Assembly (NCBI GenBank): GCA_008690995.1
Contig: VRMN01000004.1
Location: 1,302,001-1,366,000 of the forward strand
Direction of reading: 5' to 3'
Length of the DNA stretch: 64,000 nt
Source of the DNA: Porphyridium purpureum
Taxonomy: Eukaryota
The notes below the pieces were generated by a model. The model was not told the origin of the DNA and did not search any database. It saw only the letters and a list, made by a program, of their open reading frames with translations. Within the stretch, counting starts at the first letter, position 1, and each line of letters starts with the position of its first letter. A program made the translations under genes and the position numbers. Positions 31,178 to 42,200 of this stretch are shown here, piece after piece.

Positions 31178-32032
31178 ATGTCCGACGCTAGGCCAGATCA
31201 AGATGATGCCCAAGAAGCGAGGGCACTTGAAGACGTAGAAGCAAATGAGCTGGCGCGCGGCGTGGTGCGCGAGCGGGCAGTTTGGGTCGAGCAAGCGCAC
31301 GGCATTCTTCTCCTGCGCTCGCATGTGGTTGGTTTCGGAATGTTAAGCTTGAGCAGAAGGCTCACCAAACCTTCCAGCGCGGGCAGGCGCGGAAAGAAAG
31401 GTGGGCGCCCGACGCACGGAGTCATGGAGGTACCTGAGAATGAGCACTTGCAGCTTACTTTGGAGGAAGCGTACTACGCCGCATTCGAGGCACGTCTGCT
31501 CTATATCTTTGGGATTGAAGACCCAGCAAAAGCATGGTTGGAGGAAGACTGTTGGGCGCAGTTCTGCTCTCTTGACTCGAACTTTCCCATGGCATTCGCT
31601 GCGTACTACAAGTACCGGAAAGCTGGCTGGGCACCGCACAGCGGACTCAAGTACGGAGCGGATTATGTTTTGTATGATCACCGGCATCTCATGAAGACCA
31701 AAGCTCATCATGCTCATGCACCTTACTGTGTGCGCCTTGTGTACAGGAGAGAGGATGAAGCCGACACCACCGTGCTCGCCGAGTCGGCACCCAGTCTTTA
31801 TGGTACGCTGCGGGTGACACATAATGTCGTCAAAAAGCTCGTCTTGTGCCTAGTTGTATATCCAGTGTCCGGTGGGCATCTTCGAAGTGCTTCAGACGCA
31901 CGGAGCTGTATCTCCGTCCGTGAACTCATGTTTAGAAGGTTTGTACCGACCAAGCATCTGACACCAACATGGCAAGAACTGAAAAAGCGACAGAAAATCG
32001 AAGAGCGCACGATCAAAAAAGCCCAGAAATAG
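31178..32032 (+). CDS. SEN2: tRNA-splicing endonuclease subunit Sen2
   Basis: EHLQLTLEEAYY, YRKAGW.PHSGLKYGADYVLY, HAPY and KKLVL motifs. Confidence 0.85.
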   Translation: MSDARPDQDDAQEARALEDVEANELARGVVRERAVWVEQAHGILLLRSHVVGFGMLSLSRRLTKPSSAGRRGKKGGRPTHGVMEVPENEHLQLTLEEAYYAAFEARLLYIFGIEDPAKAWLEEDCWAQFCSLDSNFPMAFAAYYKYRKAGWAPHSGLKYGADYVLYDHRHLMKTKAHHAHAPYCVRLVYRREDEADTTVLAESAPSLYGTLRVTHNVVKKLVLCLVVYPVSGGHLRSASDARSCISVRELMFRRFVPTKHLTPTWQELKKRQKIEERTIKKAQK

Positions 32033-32429
32033 TGGCGACTGCGGTGTGTGTGAATGATGGTGTTCGGGCATGTATGTCGTTTGGTCCAGGAGGTGCAGGA
32101 CGAGCGGTTTCGCGCAGCTCTTAAAATAAGAGGGACGGTTCAGTTTCGAAGAGGTGGAACTCAAAGCTCGACCCCGCCGTATCCATCTCTACCGCACTTC
32201 CAGATAAACGCATCGCCTTCTGCAGATCGCATGCTGAGACAACTCGCGAACTCGAATATTCCGCGACGAAGACCTGAGCCGTCGAGAAGCAGCATGCGCC
32301 TACCCAGGGTACAGTGGAGTCGCGACGTTCATCGCACTGTACCGGCGGTGGTGAACTGGAAGGAGGGACGCAACGCAAGCTGCGCCAGGAGCGCGGGGAG
32401 GAGTCAAACAACGTGGTGCTGTCTTTAAA

Positions 32430-33005
32430 ATGTGGACCACTCAAGCATTCATCTACGGCACAGCGGTCAGAGGCCGTCGTCTGGCAGCTAGAACCGGGTT
32501 CGCGGCGAATCACCGCAAGGCGCAAACGGCCCGCGCTAGGCAGACCGCTCGCAGCGCGCGCACGACTCTCGTTGCCCAGTGGGGTCCTGGAGGGCCGAAC
32601 TCCTCTCCGCCACCACCGCCGCCATCTCCTCCGAATGATTCGCTGTTCCGTTTAAGCCGATTTCTTCAAAGCGGCGCGGGCCAGTTGGCAGGTTGGGGCC
32701 TCGTCACCTACCTCGTTCTCAGTGGGCGCTTCCTGGATTGGGTTGTCGCTCTGATTGGATTGGCTGTCCTCACTCCAGTGATTGGGATTGCGGCTTTCCG
32801 ATTCTGGCTCGGACGAAACTTGGTTCAAGGAGAGTGTGCCAGTTGCGGTGTTCCTCAAGCTGCAATTCGTGACCGAACGTTTGTGTGCCTCAACTGTGGG
32901 CAACAACTTGAAGCTGCAGCTGGCGGTACTTTCCCAGTCGTTTACGGAGATCCCTCAGAAGCAACCATCGATGTGGAAGTCGTTGAGAACGACTCAGATT
33001 CATAG
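32430..33005 (+). CDS. Plastid-targeted membrane protein with Zn-ribbon (cyanobacterial/plant conserved hypothetical)
   Basis: Transit-like N-terminus, two TM segments, CASC...CLNC and a terminal TIDVEV. Confidence 0.7.
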   Translation: MWTTQAFIYGTAVRGRRLAARTGFAANHRKAQTARARQTARSARTTLVAQWGPGGPNSSPPPPPPSPPNDSLFRLSRFLQSGAGQLAGWGLVTYLVLSGRFLDWVVALIGLAVLTPVIGIAAFRFWLGRNLVQGECASCGVPQAAIRDRTFVCLNCGQQLEAAAGGTFPVVYGDPSEATIDVEVVENDSDS

Positions 33006-33055
33006 ATTAGAGGCAGCAGATTGACTGAAGGGTGAAGCGTTTCATACCTGTAACA

Positions 33056-33130
33056 TTTCTCTCTCTCTCTTTTTTTTCTTTTTTTTCTTTTTTTTCTTTT
33101 TTTTTTTTCCTTCCCCTTTTCCTTCGTTCT
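33056..33130. repeat. T/C-rich low-complexity tract between convergent 3' ends
   Basis: Direct reading. Confidence 0.7.
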
Positions 33131-33262
33131 TGCACAGACACAACATCATATGCTTGGCTGCGATTCTCATCCAACTGTCTCGATCAAAAGCCGTCAGCGT
33201 GATACGATGCACCCTGCACAACAGGAAAACAATATCCCAAAGTGCCTGGTGGTATTGTAATC

Positions 33263-36200
33263 TTACACGCCTGAGATCAGCATGTCGACGGCTTTAATAA
33301 CATCCCCGTCTGTGCGGAACAGAGCCATGCGAGCTCGATGCTCATCAAAACCAAGTTCCAGGAGTTGCGCGACTTCATCCTCGAAATCCTTTTCTGCGAC
33401 AATGGGTGCCACTGGCACCCCAGATGCTGAACCAGCTTGAAGCTCCCTATGTTCCGACGATCCCTTGAGTGGTTGGGAACGTCCACGTTTGATACCAGAT
33501 GCCCACGACATTATCTTTTCTCTTGTGCCGGCCTTCTTCAGGGGGATTTCTCTGTACTGAGCTACCTGCCCTACGTCGCCAGATTTCTCGTCTTCGTTTG
33601 ATCTTCCTTGGCGTGTCCCAGGTTCTCGCGAAAATCCTGCACGATTGCCCGTGTCTGGATTGACGCGCGACAGCGAGCTTGATCCCTTCCTGACGGTCGG
33701 CGGCTTATCCGCATCCGCGAGCACCCTGTCTGTGACTACGACTTTCATTCGCACACACGGCCCGCGAGCTTGAAGCTCCTGATACACAAATGTGTCCGGA
33801 GAAGCATTTCGGATCAGAAGCAACGGCTCTGCCAGCATCGAGGCAGCAAAAAAGAGAACGACTTTTCTCTGGCTGGCGGTCTTCAGAATGAAAGATCCAC
33901 GCACATCCGAGACAATACTATCAGCCCCTTGAGCAACGAAAACCATCTTGTGATGGGCCAAAAGTCTCTCGAGAGGAGCTTCTGCCCAGCGCCCCGAGTG
34001 CAACACCAATTCGGACACTATCAATGTTTCAGGAAGATCATTTGCGATGTGAAAGACACACGTCCGCTCATGATCAAACCAACCGTGATGAGATGCAATG
34101 ATAGCATCGATTCCCGGGTCGAGGGAGGCGAGCAACTCCGCTGCGCTAGGCTGATTCTGTACATTAACATGCGCCAACAGTCCACTCTCGTTTCGACTTG
34201 ATGGTGAAAGGGAGACACCGTCCGCAGCGCCAATACCTTCCTCGCCATCACGCGGGAAATCCTCAATCTCAAGAGCACCCAGAAGGATGGAAGATGCAGA
34301 GGCACCCGATGAAGGAATTAGAGACTTCTTCGATTCAGAAGCGTAACGTATAGCCTGTTGCAACTCATCGCGAGCTTTCTGAGAGCCGCAGAACAATCGC
34401 TGCCATGAGGTGGACGGAGAAGATGCATTTCGCACGCCTAGCATAAGATAGTCCTTGTTTTCTGCAGAGACATGCGTGTTTGAAATATTTTCCAACGGGC
34501 AGGACCAAACCAAGTCACCATCCAAAGTTGCTACGACCAAGCGCAACGTTGTGACGAGCGCAACACGGCTCTTCTCCGCTCGCTTCACATTCACCTCGTT
34601 GTTCTTCAACTTCCGCCGCAGCAGAGGATCTGCCCTCGTGAAGCGACGAACAATCAACCACGTTTCCTCGGCTCGGGAAGAGCTGCTAGATGCAGATGTC
34701 AGTTCGAGCCAGAATAGAACTGTTTCTCTGTCCTGGATGGAGTGTGCCTCGTAACCAACTCGGTTCGATTCAGAACGCCCGGCGGCATTCAAGATAGCAT
34801 CCCCTAAGGAGTCCCGGAAATCGTAGGGGCGCAACCGATTTCCCCTGGCAATACGCGGAGGCCGGAGCGGCTCAGCAATGTCGGTCAAGCGCTGAGTGAC
34901 AATCATGTTCCGGATTCCTACCGCAGGCTCTGCAATCATGTCCAACGCACCGGTCAATGGCTTCAATGCCACGCCCGCCACTCCTTTGCCTAGCCCTTTC
35001 CAAAATCCAAGGAATCCATCTTGTCTAGCTCCCTCTACAGGATTTGTAAACAACCCTGTCGCCCCAGACCGGATTCCGTGACCAAGAGCAATGGTTCCGG
35101 CAAGCAAGCCAGTGGCGAGAGTTTGAGAGCCGCGATGCTGGTTGTATCGCATTGCCTCTCGTTCAGCGATGTATTTCTTGTCCCCAATTGCGGACTCGAG
35201 ACCTTGCGCCATGGCCCTCGGTATTCCGCCAACAGACCCGATCAGGCCTCCCGCCGTGTTGGAAATCAAAGACGCCCCACCTCGCCCAACGCTCGTTATA
35301 AATTCAACAGATCCTTTGGCCTTGCGCGGTTCCACGAAGAAGTCCCGGGCACCGATCGAGACGGACTCAAACAAGCCAGACGCATTTCCTAAGAGAGCGT
35401 TTGACGCGACCACTTGGTACTTATTCTGGTTCACTTGCTGCAAATAGAACTTGCCGATTAAATTGCGGAAATGATCGACGTTGTCGAACACATTTTCGAG
35501 CTCAAGAGCATTCAATTCGAACTCAGCGTTCTCCACATTTCCAAGAACAGCAATCAGGGTCCTTATCAGTGTGCGATACTTCCGCATGGGAAGCTGCACA
35601 TTCTGCGAAGCAGAAAAGGAAAGCGAAAATTTGACTGGTGCCAGTAGTAGGCGGTCAATACAAATCCGCGGAGGCAGGTCGTCCTCGGAAATTGCGCGAG
35701 TCTTATGTGACTTCACAAAGCCTTTCGACTCCTCGTCGTCATCAAGCGGCTCTCGCTCATCAACTGATCCCAAACTCATTTGAACAGTCATTGCGTAAAG
35801 CTTCAGAGCAAACGTTTCCTCAAGACAGACGCGAAATTGCTGGAACGCGACGTAGAACGCGGAGACACGAACAATCTCGTCCTTCGTGTTCTTCACACGG
35901 TCCAAGGTTAATTGCATGGCAGGCGGTCGAGTGCCAGCAGTACTGTCCTTACTAGAGTCATTACGCGGAAACCACAAGACTACAGGATACGACGGATTCT
36001 TCAACTGGTTATCAATCTGAAAGTCGCCGACTTCTGTGATGATCAACCGCCTCTCGTCGGATTCATCCATGTGAAAGCGGATGTCACGCAAAGAAATGTA
36101 GCATACTTCATCGAGATCTGCATTGGTGCAACTGATACCGATTGCGGAGATTACCACCTCAATATCCATGGAGACGATCTCGTCTCTAATTACTTCCAAT

Positions 36201-39200
36201 TGGTGAGCCGAAGGCGCAGTCGTCGCTGATATTTCAGCGGCATCATCACTGACTGACTTAGTACCTTCATCAGCGGCAACAAGACTTAGTTCCGTGTCGC
36301 CGCCCTCAGCGGCATTCTCTCCGCTCAGTACGTCATCCCATGCCACAATAGGCACAGGTTTCGGTTCTATGTCGCTGGAAATTTTGCGGCGCGATGCGGG
36401 TAGAACTGCAGCGGCTTTGCTGGATGCCTCCAAGGCCGCAAGGTGAACGTCATCGTCAAAGAAGGTGACGATTCTCGAGGGGCCGTTCATTTCTACACGG
36501 ACAAACAAGGGCAAATCGGAACCACCAAATCGATCGTATTGGACCGCCATTACAACGTCAATGCACAGCTCAAACTCGGGGGACGAGACCTCCACATTTC
36601 GAAACAAACCTGGGGTTACTTCTTTTCTCCTTGTTTCGATGGCCCGAATCATCAACAGCTGCTTACGCTTCGGCGCCTGAATATCATCCCAAGCGTATCT
36701 GGTGGTCATTCCCGGTTTCAACAGCCACGGGTGGGCTTTGTTAGAGGTCATTTGCCTGAAGGCAATAGCACGGGTTTTGCAGTAGTTTCGAATACGGTAG
36801 GGAGGATGGTCCAGATCCTCACCATACACCTGGATTAACAAAGAGCCTCCTTCCAGGCGGGTGCTCACGACTCTCGCAATGTACTGCTCGTGAGTTTTCG
36901 GTCGATACATTTTCGCCGGGACTTCGCCCAACGTTTTCTCGACCGGAATTGCCTGCGACCAAATCCAATCGCTGGAAGCAGGATTGATGGAGTCGGCAAT
37001 TCGAAAACACAATCCGCGCTCATCTTCATCCGAGCGCCCGGCGGACGACTTCCGAAAGTCCCAGGATACAGCCGCCCTTTTCCCCGGTTCCAAATGATGA
37101 ACATGTGACGCAAGCAAAATGCCTCGATTGTCGAGAGCTGCGGGTTCGCACCACTGAATATATCTGCTTGTCTTGTTCTCCACCCATAGCTGATGCCGGA
37201 TACACACCACAGTTGTTCGGTGAAATGGGCGACGCCCTGTCCTACAATCCAACGTCAAATAAGAGAACGTGGTGGATACCGAATCGTATTTGTCCACTTC
37301 TTGTACGTCTACGTTGGCGGACCATCCCGAGTCGTTGCCAATGCTCACCCGCTGACCAGAATTATCAAAAATATCATGGAACTCGAGCAAAGAACCAGTA
37401 CAAACAGCGAAACTCTCAGGTTTCTCGCCGGGAGGACGTCCTTCAAGAGCCAACGTGTATCGGCTTTTAGAATGGTAGTTCAGGGTCGATGAAGTCGACC
37501 TCAACGAAACCGGAAGCTTTGATCTCACAAGGAGCGGCTTACTGGTGCGATTACGAAGCCATACATCTGCGAAAATGACAACTCGTTGGTGGTTGCACGA
37601 AGACTCGCGCTCAAATTTGAGAGGGACAGCAGAACCAGGCTTTTGAGAATTCCGACACCAGAAATACCCCATCGAATCTCTCAGACTGAAAGGACGCACT
37701 TCTTCAAACTGCGGCGATTTTCCGAGTGCAACCGATTCGTAGTCCAAAGTATCATTGTTTGCAAAGTCCACCTCAAGCAGAATGTCAGAAAGGTCTCGCT
37801 GGTTAAGCACAAAGACCTCATAGACCCCTGCAGAATCTGCCACACCTTGGTCTACCAAAATAAACTCCTTACTTCGCCGCGGACCCATCTGCGTCATGAA
37901 CATCTTGAAGAAAAGCGGACGCGGCAACGCATTTTCTACCACGAGAGGCGGAATCAAGTGAATATCTACCCAAGCTCGTGATAAAAGCTCGCGAACCGTC
38001 CCAGAGTCAATCTTCGGCTTCAGAGAGAGATGGAACTCCTTCTCACTCGACTGGACTGCCCGGCAAACAATCTTCAAGTCACATTCTGGCAAAGGCCTCC
38101 CGTCGCCCGCAGCGTCCTGAGATCCGCTACCCCGAGAATCTGACGTGATCTGGTTCCATGCATATTCGCGAAGGTTCTCTATTTTTGCCAGTGGCTGGCT
38201 GAATGAGAATACAGACTCTATTTCTCCAAAATCCGAACTGTCATCATCAGCCGGCTCGATGGAAGAAAGTCGCCGCAAGGAAACCACAGATTCCTTGATG
38301 CAAGGGCGTACCAGAAGAGGTCTATTCACAGAATATACCGGAACTGACCAGTGCCCTCCGGGAGCCATGACGACGCATGTGTCTCCATCGCTTATCTCAA
38401 TGGGCACAGCAGTGCTGTTTACAACGCGCGCCAGGCTTCGTATGATTCCAACTGCCACACCATCCTCCATTCGAACTTCCCAGACCATCAAGACTTCCTG
38501 CATCTCCTGCGTCACCAATTGAGATGATGCATTCTTCGATTTGCTACACAACGCTTGAATTTCGAGAGGGTCTGGTGGAAACGCCACACACGCGATACGC
38601 GAATGTTCCAGCGAAAGCGATACCTCAAGAAACCCGTGGAACTTGACAGTGCATTGCATCAGATCTTTTCGCTGCTTCTGAGCCATGGTGGTCTCGCTCG
38701 ACAATAGCACGTCCTCAGCAGCAATATCGACTTCATACTGGGCACCATTTGCAATAACCCGTTCCGCAGACGAGGCAGGCTCCTGAAATATAAGGCTTCG
38801 CCCACTTTCATTTCGCACCACGTAAGCCGCGACACTCGGACGGCGTCGCTGAACGTCTTCGGCATCTGCGCCAGCAGCTTGGCTTGGGCCCTCTCCGACA
38901 GAATCAATGGCGCTCTGAACAGCCTTCAACACTTGAGCCAAGCCCGTCAATGTACTTGGGGTAAGATTTATATCCATGCGATCGTCTGTTCGAACCCCAA
39001 TCGCTTTGGCTCCTTCACTGCCTTCATTAACAGCAAGGCGCAAACGAAACGTCTCAATGCCGGGAACCCAGTATCCTCGCATTCTGTCAAAAAGATCTAA
39101 CGACATCTCCGACTCGACGTTAGTCACAATCGGCGCGTTGGACCGTACAACACTATCGCGCAAGCGAAATTCCAGAACAGGGACGTAGCTATTCGACGCT

Positions 39201-42200
39201 TCGTTCTCGTCCGTTACCACGCATCGAAATGAGGCTATTATCGCAGAGACATCCGTTTCTCGCACTTGGCCTGCAGTCATCGCAAGAACCGCTGGAGAAA
39301 TTCCAACTCGAGCTCGTGAGCTTGCTTCAGATGCAAGCAAGGCTCCTCGCACAAGACGATCAACAATAGCGGCGATGATCTGCACGTCCTGGACAGCCAC
39401 TCGCGCCACAAAGTTCTCCGCAAAGATATTGACCCTCATAAAAGTCGGCGCCAGCTCAATCGTCATGGTTGTCTGAGCTGGGTACACAACGGGAATTGCA
39501 AGGGACTCGCTCGCCAGCGCACTCAATGACATATTCAGCGATGGTGTTAAAATGCTTACGGTCTTGTCGCGAGTCACTGGGGCCCAAATAATTTTGGCGA
39601 CAAAGTCTCCTCCGATCACGAGAGCTCTCGGATCATTCTCAAACGCATCCGCTCGCAACTCGATTTTCGGCTGCGAGAGCGTCACGGTCATTTCTCTGCC
39701 GAAAAAGGGAGGATCGACTGCGAACTTGGAAGTCGGCAGATAAGGCCACCCGGGAATTGTGAGCTGGCCAAGTCTTGCAAAAATTTCAGGTGCGACACGC
39801 ATTCGTAAACCATTCACAAAAAGCAAAATGACGGGACGCATGTCGAGCCCTCGATCATACGTCACCTGGACGTTGGGCTCCTGCTCCCATTCTTGACTAT
39901 TTTCTGAGCCCAATGATGCCTCCATTAGCTCTACCGGTGCGTGTGGAATTCCGTAGTCAGGACCACGAAGGCAAGCATCCTTCACGTAATCCAAGCGGCC
40001 TTGCAACTCAAACTTGAAACGGCCCGTCCACTCCACAGAAGCACGGCCTGCAATGCTTGACAATGACGTTTCAATCAGTTGATCGCGAGCGTCAGTGCTC
40101 GAACCTTGCGCAATAACCGATTTCAGTTGCGAAACATGCAACAAAACCAATAGCGCTGGCGGGGCCGTCTGATCGTCGTTTGACGCCAATCCTGATTTAA
40201 GAGTGGACGCTTCATTTCCATTCGTTTTCGCCTCGCTTTTTTTCCGTGAGCCAGATGCTTGGTCTGTTGTACCCACGTCGTGCGATTCGTCGAAATTCAG
40301 TGAGGCTGGTTCTGCCGCATTCTCCGTGAGAACAAAGTAAAGTATCGAGTACTCTGCCTCATTCATGCGCAAAAGCACGCTAGATGAAGTAAAGCATCGA
40401 AGCCGTAAGGCTGGAAGAGCTGAAGGGACATTATAGACGAATTCCAACGAGCTCGTTTCCGAAACTCGTTGAGAGTCCATCGACTCGTCCGGCACGTGAG
40501 CTCGAAACATATCGCCCTTGACTACCATATGAAAATTCTCCAGCAATGTTCGCATGCCCGTTGCATCTGCGTCGGGATCGATAGGGACAGGCTCTGATCC
40601 CGGATGATATAGAGCGAAAGCGTTAATTCCTTCTAGGGCCATTTTGAAGCCGAAACGATATCCTACGGCACTGAGCTCCTCATTGGATATCCGTATTCTT
40701 GTGATTCGGAAGCGAAGACCTTCATGGAACGACGCCGAGTCTCGAGGAAGTATGTAGTCAACGTCGCCCACCAAGAAGCTGAAGCGTAGCCTGGGAGAGC
40801 GCTTCTGTAGTAGGAAGGCCAAAGAGTGAGGTTCCCCGCTGTCCAGCAGACTTGCCATTGTCAATGCCGATGCTGGCTTTTCAAACCCATTTGCCTTTCG
40901 AGAGTGGCCACCTGGGTCGGAATCAACAATATCCTGCATCTTTCGACCAAATGCGCTGACGTAATTTTGAACATTTCTTAAAAACTGGGTCACGAGAGCA
41001 CCACGCAGGCCTTCAAACTTCAGAATGAGCCATGGGTCCTGCTTCTCCGATGCAGCTGGTATGGATACGATATAACCGTCCTGGCACTTGTCGATGTCAC
41101 CGACTCGGGCGGCCGCCAGGTCATGCTGAGCTTCGTTGCCAGTTGAGGAACGTTCGTATGAGAGGACGCGCCGAAAGGTTCCTGATTTAGCCGACAGATC
41201 CAAAAGGACAAGCTTTCCCAGCTGACCTCTAGAACTCAATGAACCGTCTGTTCTTCGCTCGAAAAATGTGCGTGCGTTTTCAAGCTGTAGAGAACACAGC
41301 CCTCCGAATTTTCTGGAACCGACGTACACACCTAGCTCCTTCAAGGATGTGGAAATTCGCACAATCCCTAAACCTTGAATAACTTCCGCCGACAGGTCAA
41401 GAACATCGCCAGCGTTTTCTTTCAGAATCTTTGCAGCGTCCGCCGCTGAATTGATCCCAATAGCGTAGAATGCATCTTTGGTCTTTTCTTTGGTTCCCGA
41501 GACAAAGAAGAAGCGTAAGATCTCCAAGTAGGTCTCAAAGTTGATATTCACACGCAACACATCAAAGTTGGCGACCAAATCCTGTGAATCCACCCCAGTC
41601 TGCCTCTTGCGAGAAAACTCGACGGCGAGGAATCTGGTATCTTCTGACGGCGTCAAATCTGCAGTGCTGTTATCGTCCTCTGACGGCCGTGAGGGACCTG
41701 CGTACACCAGACGATTGCGCATCTCACCGTTGACGTGCTCGTTCATTTCAAAACCAGACGACGCAAAGGCCATGCTTGGTCCTTCAGACTTGAGCAAAAT
41801 TTCAAGGTGAGATCTCTTGGCCTGGCCGGACAAAAAGACCCGATCGTCTTTTTCCAATAATTTGTATGCTAATCCGTCAAAGTCAAAGCGCGTCTTAAGA
41901 GAAATCAAGGATTGCTCAGGTCTCAGAGTGCGACGCAAGGGTACAGAGTCTGCTCCCACGCTCCCTTCCGCGCCTCCAATCTTTCGAGGAGGAATGCTCG
42001 AATCCGCGGCACCTTCTCTTTCAGGTATCGGCCATTCATCTTCAAAACTATGGTCCTCCTGCGCTGAAGGCTCATCGCTGGAGGTAGCACTCCGCGCGGC
42101 AGCAGCTGATTGCGATGCCCAAGCACTGAAAACACCAACCACGTGCTGATAGTTCAGGCGTGACAGTTGCACGCTCAGACTCGGAAGGCGACCAATCAAA

